NCBI RefSeq assembly: GCF_054482595.1
Contig: NZ_CM137008.1
DNA: 64,000 nt
Reading direction: 5' to 3' (one strand)
In this document: piece after piece, positions 11,214-19,254 of the stretch
Layout of the letters: every line of letters starts with the position of its first letter
Position numbering within the stretch: the first letter of the stretch is position 1
Notes under the pieces: generated by a model
Told to the model about the DNA's origin: nothing
Database searches by the model: none
Seen by the model: only the letters and a program-made list of their open reading frames with translations
Made by a program: the position numbers and the translations under genes

Positions 11214-12308
11214 ATGGCTAACGCCTGGCTCAGATTATGGCATGACATGCCAAATGACCCTAAGTGGCGAACAATTGCCAGGGTGTCAGGGCAGCCAATT
11301 GCAACAGTGATGGCAGTGTATATCCACCTCCTGGTGAGCGCGTCACGAAATGTCACGCGAGGTCACATTGATGTCACGACAGAAGATTTGGCAAGTGCGC
11401 TCGACGTGACAGAAGAGGTAATTGATTCAATTTTGCAGACGATGCAGGGGCGGGTACTTGATGGTGATTTAATCACTGGATGGGAAAAACGCCAGGTGCT
11501 TAAAGAGGACAACGGCAATATTTCGCAAACCGCAAAATCTCCTGCAGAGCGCAAGAGGGCGCAGCGAGAGAGGGAAAGAAAGCGGGAACAAAATGGCGAT
11601 TGTCACGGCGCGTCACGAAATGTCACGCACATGTCACGACGAGTCACGACAGATAAAGATACAGATAAAGATACAGATCAAGAAGATCAAAACACTATGG
11701 TCCATGGCGTAAAAAACGCCACGAACCAGGCAGGGGATGTTCAGACCGTCAATCTTGGTCAGCCAGCAGGCACGACACCGGAAGCCGATTCAGCGTATGC
11801 GCTGAAAGCCGATTCGGGCGCTGTGCAGCAGGTGATGACCGCAAGGCTGGAGCAATCACACCAACTGCAGCAGCCCGAAGCCGATTCCGCCATTCAGCGG
11901 GAAGCCGATTCCGCCATTCAGCGGGAAGCCGATCGGGTAGTCCCGGAAAACACCGGGCAGTCTGTGGGACGAGTGGATTATCCGGATGTGTTCGAACAGG
12001 TCTGGCGGGAGTACCCGTTGCGTGCCGGAGCAAACCCGAAGAAATCCGCTTTCAGTGCCTGGAAGGCCAGATTACGCGAGGGGGTGCCACCAGAGGCCAT
12101 GCTGGATGGCGTGAGGCGTTACGCAAGATACTTGGCGGCTACCGGGAAAACGGGAACGGAATTTGTTCAGCGAGCGACGACGTTTTTTGGACCGGACCGG
12201 AATTTTGAGAACCCCTGGTTGCTCCCGGTAAGCGGCACGAACAACCAGCGTTGTGTGAATCATATTTCTGAACCGGATAACGAAATTCCGCCGGGCTTCA
12301 GGGGGTAA
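11214..12308 (+). CDS. Putative replication initiation protein (O-like) with internal repeats
   Basis: ATG 11214 after SD agaagagg; contains two GTCACG iteron-like clusters and coding tandem repeats (DKDTDKDTD, EADSAIQR x2). Confidence 0.55.
   Translation: MANAWLRLWHDMPNDPKWRTIARVSGQPIATVMAVYIHLLVSASRNVTRGHIDVTTEDLASALDVTEEVIDSILQTMQGRVLDGDLITGWEKRQVLKEDNGNISQTAKSPAERKRAQRERERKREQNGDCHGASRNVTHMSRRVTTDKDTDKDTDQEDQNTMVHGVKNATNQAGDVQTVNLGQPAGTTPEADSAYALKADSGAVQQVMTARLEQSHQLQQPEADSAIQREADSAIQREADRVVPENTGQSVGRVDYPDVFEQVWREYPLRAGANPKKSAFSAWKARLREGVPPEAMLDGVRRYARYLAATGKTGTEFVQRATTFFGPDRNFENPWLLPVSGTNNQRCVNHISEPDNEIPPGFRG
11342..11380. repeat. Iteron-like cluster 1: four GTCAC(G/A) at ~10-11 bp spacing
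   Basis: GTCAC at 11342, 11352, 11362, 11373 inside the replication gene. Confidence 0.5.
11602..11650. repeat. Iteron-like cluster 2: five GTCACG at ~10-11 bp spacing
   Basis: GTCACG at 11602, 11612, 11622, 11633, 11643; cgtcacgaaatgtcacgc shared with cluster 1. Confidence 0.5.
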
Positions 12309-12348
12309 GTGTTAATTTCTGGTCATGAGGTAATTTTCAGGAGGGCTT

Positions 12349-12771
12349 GTGGCAAAAGTTTTTACACAAGAAGAGCGGGAAAAAATTAAAGGACAGGTTG
12401 TTGAACTCGTACGCCAGAGTGGGCGTGAGACGTTACGGCAACTGGAAGTCAAGACAGGTGCGACAAGATATCTGATGAGCGTTCTCGCAAGAGAGCTGGT
12501 TGCCAGCGGCGATGTATACAACTCTGGTTACGGGTTATTCCCGTCTGAACAGGCGCGTAAGGACTGGCAAAATGCCCGTAAAAAGCTCTCAAGGGCAAAG
12601 CTGAAGAAACCATCTGCGGTTGATCCGGACCTTATCTGGTCATTACCAGACGGAGAAATACGCCGCTACGACAGGCGCCTGAATATAATCTGTCGCGAGT
12701 GCCGGAAGAGCGAAGCTATGCAGCGTGTACTGGCTTTCTATCAGGGTAATTTTCAGGAGGCGGTACTGTAA
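12349..12771 (+). CDS. Hypothetical protein (possible winged-helix)
   Basis: 140 aa, GTG start with SD caggaggg; no confident family. Confidence 0.45.
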   Translation: MAKVFTQEEREKIKGQVVELVRQSGRETLRQLEVKTGATRYLMSVLARELVASGDVYNSGYGLFPSEQARKDWQNARKKLSRAKLKKPSAVDPDLIWSLPDGEIRRYDRRLNIICRECRKSEAMQRVLAFYQGNFQEAVL

Positions 12772-12828
12772 GTGAAATTAGCTATCAGGCTTCAATTGCC
12801 GCTGGCATTCGCATCAAAGGAGAGGAGC

Positions 12829-13185
12829 ATGGAAATAAAACCAGAAGATGAGTTAAGTAATATTGTTTTATTTCCGGTAAAAGAGGATGACCCACGTAAT
12901 CAGGTTAATTTTCTTTATGAGCCATCGGAAAGACCATACTGCCATCACGCTTCTGTCCGGGTTGACGAAAAAGAGCGTCAGGTCCGCTGTAAAATCTGCG
13001 GTGCAGTTGTGGAGCCATTTGACTGGATGCTCTCTGTGGCGAAAAGAGAAACCAGACTGGCAGATGATGTAAAACTATTGCGCCAGGAGGAACAGGAAAG
13101 GCGAAAAAATATAGAAAAGCTAATTCAGATTGAGCGTAATGCGAAAGCACGGATACGCAGGGTGACAAAATCCAGAACTGAATAA
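12829..13185 (+). CDS. Hypothetical protein with Cys/His cluster and coiled-coil-like C-terminus
   Basis: ATG 12829 after ggagaggag; CHHASVRVDEKERQVRCKICG motif. Confidence 0.45.
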   Translation: MEIKPEDELSNIVLFPVKEDDPRNQVNFLYEPSERPYCHHASVRVDEKERQVRCKICGAVVEPFDWMLSVAKRETRLADDVKLLRQEEQERRKNIEKLIQIERNAKARIRRVTKSRTE

Positions 13186-13278
13186 TTAAATTTAGCACTG
13201 TTAAAAATTTAATCCTTAACCGGAGGGATTTCTGCACCCTCAGAACAGCAGGAGGCCACCCGAAAGGGTGGTAGTGAA

Positions 13279-13461
13279 ATGCGAAAGTTCAAAATAATTA
13301 TTGAAACGGGAATAGCTGGTGGAGATTTTGAGGATGTATTCGAAGTGGACGATGACGCAACACCTGATGAAATTCATGACGAAGCAAAAGAAATTTTCTT
13401 TAACTACTGCAATTACTCATATCACGAAATAAAAGACGAAGAGGAAGAACAAAATGGCTGA
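13279..13461 (+). CDS. Small highly acidic protein
   Basis: 60 aa, about 19 Asp/Glu; stop overlaps next start. Confidence 0.4.
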   Translation: MRKFKIIIETGIAGGDFEDVFEVDDDATPDEIHDEAKEIFFNYCNYSYHEIKDEEEEQNG

Positions 13462-13630
13462 TTTTGGTTCAACTAAATACAACGTCAGTTTTGAAGAATG
13501 GCATGAACTGTTAATGGACTATGCAGAGTTACGTGGTGGAAGTGCTGCTGATGCTGAAGCCTGGCGTGATGACTACGAAGCAGGAAAAACTCCGGTCGAA
13601 GCATATTGTGATGAGTGGGGCGATGAATGA
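13454..13630 (+). CDS. Small acidic protein (58 aa)
   Basis: ORF found by hand, below the 60-aa cutoff of the ORF track; MADFGSTKYNVSFEEWHELLMDYAELRGGSAADAEAWRDDYEAGKTPVEAYCDEWGDE; ATGA overlap with next gene. Confidence 0.35.
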   Translation: MADFGSTKYNVSFEEWHELLMDYAELRGGSAADAEAWRDDYEAGKTPVEAYCDEWGDE

Positions 13631-14142
13631 GCGAGATTAATTATCAGGAAGGGCATGAAACGGCAGGGCAGGCAAAACCAGTTGCATGGCGATATCGCTA
13701 CGTGAAAAAAGGCGTTACGGACTTTCAGGAGAAGATGTGGGTTGGTGACTGGAAATATGTACCGACAAAAGAGGGGTGCAACGACAGGCCGGGCTATGAG
13801 ATTCAGGCCTTATTCACTACCCCGCCAGTCCCTGTGATATCAGAAGGACTGGTTAAAGCCGTGCGCTTTTATGAACAGGTAAAGCGTGAGAATCCACCAG
13901 TCGAAACAGGAGCATGGAAAGATGCTGTTGATTGGGTACTCAAAGAGGCCTGCTGTGCTGTCATTCTGGGTAAAGCCGACAATCCACTAGCATCCAGTAA
14001 TCAGGTTGGCGAATTAACAATGTGGGTTAAACGACTGGTCAGTCAACTGAAAAAAGCTAATCCAGACTGCAAATTACCGGAGATGGCGATGGATTACCTG
14101 AAACGAAATGGACTGATAAGCGTGGAGGATGTTTTACGATGA
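13627..14142 (+). CDS. Hypothetical protein
   Basis: 171 aa; translationally coupled to neighbours. Confidence 0.5.
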   Translation: MSEINYQEGHETAGQAKPVAWRYRYVKKGVTDFQEKMWVGDWKYVPTKEGCNDRPGYEIQALFTTPPVPVISEGLVKAVRFYEQVKRENPPVETGAWKDAVDWVLKEACCAVILGKADNPLASSNQVGELTMWVKRLVSQLKKANPDCKLPEMAMDYLKRNGLISVEDVLR

Positions 14143-14222
14143 CCTGGCCTGAGGCATTTACAACGGCAGGAATCGCAATGGCTGTGGCGCTGGTGGTGTA
14201 TTCGATTTGCCGCTGGGGATAA
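14139..14222 (+). CDS. Possible 27-aa hydrophobic peptide
   Basis: MTWPEAFTTAGIAMAVALVVYSICRWG; ATGA overlap with upstream gene; single predicted TM segment. Confidence 0.25.
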   Translation: MTWPEAFTTAGIAMAVALVVYSICRWG

Positions 14223-14376
14223 AAACGGTTTGCGGGAAAAGGAGAGTTAAGTAGAATTGCAGCGGGTGCTTGAGGCTATCTGTCTCAGGCATGAACACCA
14301 AAAGGCAGATAGAGAAAAGCCCCAGTTAACATTACGCGTCCTGCAAGACGCTTAACATTAATCTGAGGCTCAATCT

Positions 14377-14589
14377 ATGAACGGCAAATCTAGGTTAGCC
14401 TCTTACGTGCCGAAAGGCAAGGAGAAGCAGGCTATGAAGCAGCAAAAGGCGATGTTAATCGCCCTGATCGTCATCTGTTTAACCGTCATTGTGACGGCAC
14501 TGGTAACGAGGAAAGACCTCTGCGAGGTACGAATCCGAACCGGCCAGACGGAGGTCGCTGTCTTCACAGCTTACGAACCTGAGGAGTAA
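14377..14589 (+). CDS. mok: Mok-like leader ORF, in-frame N-terminal extension of hok
   Basis: 70-aa ORF MNGKSRLASYVPKGKEKQA... continuing into the Hok reading frame. Confidence 0.45.
   Translation: MNGKSRLASYVPKGKEKQAMKQQKAMLIALIVICLTVIVTALVTRKDLCEVRIRTGQTEVAVFTAYEPEE
14434..14589 (+). CDS. hok: Hok/Gef-family type I toxin
   Basis: 51 aa MKQQKAMLIALIVICLTVIVTALVTRKDLCEVRIRTGQTEVAVFTAYEPEE; complementary mRNA end elements at 14263-14276 and 14639-14653. Confidence 0.8.
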   Translation: MKQQKAMLIALIVICLTVIVTALVTRKDLCEVRIRTGQTEVAVFTAYEPEE

Positions 14590-14732
14590 GAGACCTGGCG
14601 GGGGAGAAATCCCTCGCCACCTCTGATGTGTCAGGCATCCTCAACGCACCCGCACTTAACCCGCTTCGGCGTTTTTTCCGTTGATTAACTCTAGTTATTA
14701 GAGAACCGAACTTTTATTGATGGGGCAGGGAG

Positions 14733-15125
14733 ATGAAGAAACTTGTTTTAGTCGCAGGTGTAATGATTGCAACAGTAATGTTGGGAGGGTGTGCAGCAAA
14801 GGTCGATCCAGCGTTGAAAGCAGAAGCAATGAAGCCACTAACATGTAATGATGAAAAGCAATGTGACTTTTATTGGAAACGAGCGCAATTCTGGTTGGCT
14901 AATAATTCCTCATGGAAAATTCAAACGGCGACAGACACGCTAATTTCCACTTATAATCCCTCTCCAAATAGTCCATTCCTCGCTTATCAGGTGAGTAAAA
15001 TGCCAAATGAAGATGGATCCTCAAGAATTTTCATCAAGCCTTTTTGCGATAATATGTTTGGCTGTCAACCAAACCCCTATCAGGCAGTTGTTTCCTTTAA
15101 AAACTTCGTTAAAACAGGGCAGTAG
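14733..15125 (+). CDS. Lipoprotein of unknown function
   Basis: 130 aa; signal peptide with lipobox LGGC; four further Cys; followed by terminator-like hairpin. Confidence 0.55.
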   Translation: MKKLVLVAGVMIATVMLGGCAAKVDPALKAEAMKPLTCNDEKQCDFYWKRAQFWLANNSSWKIQTATDTLISTYNPSPNSPFLAYQVSKMPNEDGSSRIFIKPFCDNMFGCQPNPYQAVVSFKNFVKTGQ

Positions 15126-15324
15126 TGTATAGCTTGGACGATAAATTATTAGTGAAAACGCCGTAAACCCTCACCCAATGTGGACTAAGTCTATCAAACA
15201 TGACTGTGATGATTAGTCCGTAGTTGTTGCCTATGAAATCTGGATTGAGTCAGGGTTTAATCCAATAATTATTCTATCGTTCCTTTACAAGTCCGGTATA
15301 TTACTTTCAGTTTGTTTTAGCATA

Positions 15325-15350
15325 CCCGCTTCGGCGGGTTTTGTTTTTTC
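15325..15350 (+). terminator. Rho-independent terminator (CCCGCTTCGGCGGG + T-run)
   Basis: GC stem with UUCG loop followed by ttttgtttttt. Confidence 0.6.
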
Positions 15351-15421
15351 CTGGCATTCTGGTTTACAATTCGCACGCCAGCCTGAACAACTGGCACCTG
15401 CTGCGCCAGCAGAGACAACCG

Positions 15422-15700
15422 ATGGCGCACGATACCAAATTACACAATTCTGATGATTCTGCCGTCTTTGCCAGCAGGCACGGGCGGCGTTCCCGCACTT
15501 TCAAATCTGACTGGTTCCAGCATGACCCATGTACTGAAGAACAGGCCGAATGGCTAATTCATAACTATCGCAGACGCGGATACGAGATTAAGAAAGCCCT
15601 CAGCCTCGATTATCGTCACTGGATAATCTATGTCAGGCTCCCTTATTCCGAACGCCCACCGCGCCCATCCCGCACATACCAGCAACGGATCTGGAGGTAA
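15422..15700 (+). CDS. Hypothetical small protein
   Basis: 92 aa from MAHDTKLHNSDDSAVF...; weak SD; overlaps start of the next ORF. Confidence 0.3.
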   Translation: MAHDTKLHNSDDSAVFASRHGRRSRTFKSDWFQHDPCTEEQAEWLIHNYRRRGYEIKKALSLDYRHWIIYVRLPYSERPPRPSRTYQQRIWR

Positions 15701-16757
15701 CGTGCGGATATTACTTCGACCTGTTCTGGTACCGGAACTCGGGCTGGTGGTCCTTAGGCCGGGCCGTGAATCCATGCAAGTATTTCATAACCCTCGAGTG
15801 CTGGTGGAGCCTGAACCGAAAAGCATGCGCGGTCTGCCGTCCGGAGTCGTCCCTGCCGTTCGCCAGCCGCTGGCGGAGGATAAATCATTACTGCCATTTT
15901 TCAGCGATGAGCGGGTGATTCGTGCTGCTGGCGGCGCTGGGGCACTGTCTGACTGGCTGTTGCGTCATGTCAAATCCTGCCAGTGGCCTCATGGTGACTA
16001 TCATCACAGTGAAATCGTCATACATCGTTACGGTACCGGCGCGATGGTGTTGTGCTGGCACTGCGACAACCAGTTGCGTGACCAGACATCCGAATCACTC
16101 GGGCAACTTGCTCATCAAAACCTGTCAGCATGGATGATTGACGTCATACGCCATGCAATGAATGGCACGCAGGAGCGGGAATTGTCGCTGGCTGAATTAT
16201 CCTGGTGGGCGGTCTGCAATCAGGTGGCGGACGCGCTTCCGGAGGCAGTATTACGTCGTTCTCTGGGGTTACGTGCGGAAAAAATCCGCTCCTTGTACCG
16301 CGAAAGCGACATCGTACCGGGAGAGCAGACCGCCACCAGCATACTGAAGCAGCGCACAAAAAATCTTGCGCCGTTGCCTCATGCCCACCAGCAAAACCCG
16401 CCACAGGAAAAGACGGTGGTCAGCATTGCCGTTGATCCGGAGTCACCGGCTCAGTATCTCCAGCGCCAGAAACCACAACAGGAAGAGATGCCTGTATACA
16501 CGCGTTGGGTAAAAACGCAGAAATGCATGACGTGCGGTAATCAGGCAGATGATCCGCATCACATCATTGGTCATGGACTGGGAGGGATGGGAACAAAGGC
16601 TGATGATTTGTTTGTTATTCCGCTGTGCCGTAAATGTCATAACGAACTGCACGCCGGGGTAAAAGATTTTGAAGAAAAACACGGCAGCCAGCTGTTGTTG
16701 CTGATTCGTTTTTTAATGCACGCGAGAAATTCGGGTGTCCTGAAGTGGAAAGCATGA
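15630..16757 (+). CDS. DUF968-like nin-region protein (YdfU-like)
   Basis: 375-aa ORF; C-terminal Cys/His cluster CMTCGNQADDPHHIIGHG...CRKCHNELH; true start may be GTG 15702 or ATG 15774. Confidence 0.55.
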   Translation: MSGSLIPNAHRAHPAHTSNGSGGNVRILLRPVLVPELGLVVLRPGRESMQVFHNPRVLVEPEPKSMRGLPSGVVPAVRQPLAEDKSLLPFFSDERVIRAAGGAGALSDWLLRHVKSCQWPHGDYHHSEIVIHRYGTGAMVLCWHCDNQLRDQTSESLGQLAHQNLSAWMIDVIRHAMNGTQERELSLAELSWWAVCNQVADALPEAVLRRSLGLRAEKIRSLYRESDIVPGEQTATSILKQRTKNLAPLPHAHQQNPPQEKTVVSIAVDPESPAQYLQRQKPQQEEMPVYTRWVKTQKCMTCGNQADDPHHIIGHGLGGMGTKADDLFVIPLCRKCHNELHAGVKDFEEKHGSQLLLLIRFLMHARNSGVLKWKA

Positions 16758-17123
16758 ATGACTGAACGCATAGAATTTGTTTTGCCTTACCCGCCGACGG
16801 TGAATACCTACTGGCGACGTCATGGCAATACGTATTTCATCTCGGAAGCCGGAAAGCGTTATCGCCGTGATGTGGCGCTAATTGTTCGCCAGCAGCGGCT
16901 GAAATTAAGCCTGTCCGGAAGGCTGGCGATAAAGATTATTGCAGAGCCACCGGATAAGCGCCGCCGCGACCTGGACAATATCCTGAAGGCACCACTGGAT
17001 GCGCTGACGCATGCCGGACTACTTATAGACGACGAGCAGTTTGATGAAATCAATATTGTGCGCGGTCAGCTCGTTCCTGGTGGGCGGCTGGGGATAAAAA
17101 TCACAGAACTGGAGTGCGCATGA
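16758..17123 (+). CDS. rusA: Holliday junction resolvase RusA
   Basis: 121 aa; LPYPPTVNTYWRRHG...RRRDLDNILKAPLDALTHAGLLIDDEQF matches RusA catalytic Asp region. Confidence 0.8.
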   Translation: MTERIEFVLPYPPTVNTYWRRHGNTYFISEAGKRYRRDVALIVRQQRLKLSLSGRLAIKIIAEPPDKRRRDLDNILKAPLDALTHAGLLIDDEQFDEINIVRGQLVPGGRLGIKITELECA

Positions 17124-17809
17124 ATAACCAGTATTTACAGTTTGTGCGTGAGCAGCTCATTATCGCCACCGCTGATTTGAGTGGGGCAACAAAAGGTCAG
17201 CTTGAAGCCTGGCAAGAGAATGCCATGTTCGATACAGGGCGTTACAGGCGAAAAAAAATCCGGTACCGCGATGAAGTGACTGGAAAAATGATAACGCGGG
17301 ATAATCCACCAATCCCGGGAAAGCAATCGCTGGCGAAGGGGACGTCAATTCCTCTGGTCAGTCCGGTTGAGTTTTCGACATCATCGTGGCGGCGGGCTGT
17401 TCTGTCTCTTGAAGAACATCATAAAGCCTGGTTGTTGTGGTGTTACAGCGGGAGTATTTGTTGGGAATATCAGATCGCGATAACACAGTGGGCGTGGAAT
17501 GAATTTAATACTCAATCCGGTACCAGAAAAATTGCAGGGAAAACGCAGGAACGCCTGAAAAAATTAATCTGGCTGGCGGCGCAGGCAGTAAAAGCAGAAC
17601 TTTTTGGTGGGGAAGGTTATGAATACCAGGAGCTGGCATTACTGGCGGGAGTGACAACTAAAAACTGGTCCAAAACATTTACTCGTCACTGGGTTGCAAT
17701 GAAACACATTTTTCACCGACTGGATAGTGAGGCTTTATTGTTTGTAATGAGAACACGTTCAAAACAAAAGACGGCATTTTCAAAGCAAAGTGTTGCAAAA
17801 GTAGATTGA
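17120..17809 (+). CDS. Putative late-gene antiterminator (Q-like)
   Basis: Position between rusA and the tR'-like terminator/lysis genes; ATG overlaps rusA stop; no motif confirmed. Confidence 0.45.
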   Translation: MNNQYLQFVREQLIIATADLSGATKGQLEAWQENAMFDTGRYRRKKIRYRDEVTGKMITRDNPPIPGKQSLAKGTSIPLVSPVEFSTSSWRRAVLSLEEHHKAWLLWCYSGSICWEYQIAITQWAWNEFNTQSGTRKIAGKTQERLKKLIWLAAQAVKAELFGGEGYEYQELALLAGVTTKNWSKTFTRHWVAMKHIFHRLDSEALLFVMRTRSKQKTAFSKQSVAKVD

Positions 17810-17873
17810 AAGGCATATATTTCATGCAAATCTGATATTTTGCCGATTTTGTACGTGATGGCAAAAGCAAACA

Positions 17874-17898
17874 AAACCCGCCCACAAGCGGGTTTTTT
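17874..17898 (+). terminator. Rho-independent terminator downstream of Q-like gene (tR'-like)
   Basis: cccgcccacaagcggg followed by ttttttg. Confidence 0.6.
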
Positions 17899-18018
17899 GT
17901 GCCACTTATCTCGGATAGGCATGGTGAATGCGCTGGTGGAGGAGATAAGGGTGATTTTTAACCAGGTGATTTTTGAATGCTTGCAACATTGATTTCGTAA
18001 CATTATTATCCTGCGCCC

Positions 18019-18094
18019 GGCCCTTTAGCTCAGTGGTGAGAGCGAGCGACTCATAATCGCCAGGTCGCTGGTTCAAATCCAGCAAGGGCCACCA
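18019..18094 (+). tRNA. tRNA with CAU anticodon (Ile2/Met-like)
   Basis: GGCCCTTTAGCTCAGTGGTGAGAGCGAGCGACTCATAATCGCCAGGTCGCTGGTTCAAATCCAGCAAGGGCCACCA. Confidence 0.8.
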
Positions 18095-18095
18095 A

Positions 18096-18172
18096 CCGCC
18101 ACTAGCTCATCAGGAAAGAGCGTCAACCCTTTAAGTTGAGTGTGCGAGGTTCGAGTCCCCGGTGGCGGTCCA
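18096..18172 (+). tRNA. tRNA, anticodon read as UUU (Lys) but loop atypical; identity provisional
   Basis: Acceptor CCGCCAC/GTGGCGG, D and T arms, encoded CCA; anticodon loop CCTTTAA with C at position 33. Confidence 0.55.
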
Positions 18173-18174
18173 GT

Positions 18175-18250
<76 letters not shown>

Positions 18251-18253
18251 TAT

Positions 18254-18328
<75 letters not shown>

Positions 18329-18536
18329 GTTAGAGTCTTTCAGTCTGCGATGATGGGAAATCCCGGAGTGACTGAAAGACGTTTAAGTTATGAATGATCG
18401 CCTTTTTTTGCAAAATTGCTGTGCAGAAATACTAACCTTCGAGCAGGCGATCATTCATAAGCACTCTGCTTTTATTCCGATTAACTGTGGGTGGTTTGTT
18501 GGATAGAGTGCTTTCCTTTCTGTATATATCGTTTCG

Positions 18537-18560
18537 CCCGCTTTTGCGGGTTTTTCTTTT
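18537..18560 (+). terminator. Terminator-like hairpin upstream of holin
   Basis: cccgcttttgcggg followed by tttttctttt. Confidence 0.5.
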
Positions 18561-18620
18561 CAAATCCCTTTCATTTCTCAGTGTAAAACTACGCCATCCG
18601 TTATTTGCGGAGGTGAGGCT

Positions 18621-18836
18621 ATGAAATCCATGGACAAAATTTCAACGGGCATTGCCTACGGCACCTCCGCAGGCAGTGCTGGCTACTGGTTTTTACAGTG
18701 GCTTGATCAGGTCAGTCCTTCACAGTGGGCTGCGATTGGTGTACTGGGGAGTCTGGTTCTGGGCTTCCTGACTTATCTGACAAATCTGTACTTCAAAATC
18801 AGAGAAGACAAGCGTAAGGCTGCACGGGGAGAGTAA
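18621..18836 (+). CDS. Class II holin (phage 21 S-type pinholin) with dual start
   Basis: 71 aa [30 protein letters not shown]...; two start codons (M1, M4). Confidence 0.85.
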   Translation: MKSMDKISTGIAYGTSAGSAGYWFLQWLDQVSPSQWAAIGVLGSLVLGFLTYLTNLYFKIREDKRKAARGE

Positions 18837-18840
18837 TTCA

Positions 18841-19191
18841 ATGACTCAAAACTATGAACTGATTGTGAAAGGGATCCGCAATTTTGAGAATAAAGTTACG
18901 GTAACTTTAGCGTTACGGGACAAAAAACGCTTTGACGGCGAAATTTTTGACCTGGACATCTCGCTGGACCGTGTTGAAGGTGCCGCGCTGGAGTTTTATG
19001 AGGCAGCAGCCAGAAGGAGCATCAGACAGGTCTTCCTGGATGTTGCTGCCGGGTTATGTGAAGGGGATGAGCAGTCGCCGGAAAAGCGCCCCGTAATTTT
19101 AGAGGCGCAGAATGTGTGGATAACCTACAAAGGAAAGCTACCAGGAAGAATTACTGGTTCTCTGAAGACTCCTCCGGAATCACAACCTTAA
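18841..19191 (+). CDS. Hypothetical protein inserted between holin and endolysin
   Basis: 116-aa ORF beginning 5 nt after holin stop; no recognisable motif. Confidence 0.45.
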   Translation: MTQNYELIVKGIRNFENKVTVTLALRDKKRFDGEIFDLDISLDRVEGAALEFYEAAARRSIRQVFLDVAAGLCEGDEQSPEKRPVILEAQNVWITYKGKLPGRITGSLKTPPESQP

Positions 19192-19254
19192 GTCACTGAC
19201 CGGAACAGATAAACCTGTCCGTGGGCAGAAACCGATAAATCCTGATAAATATCC

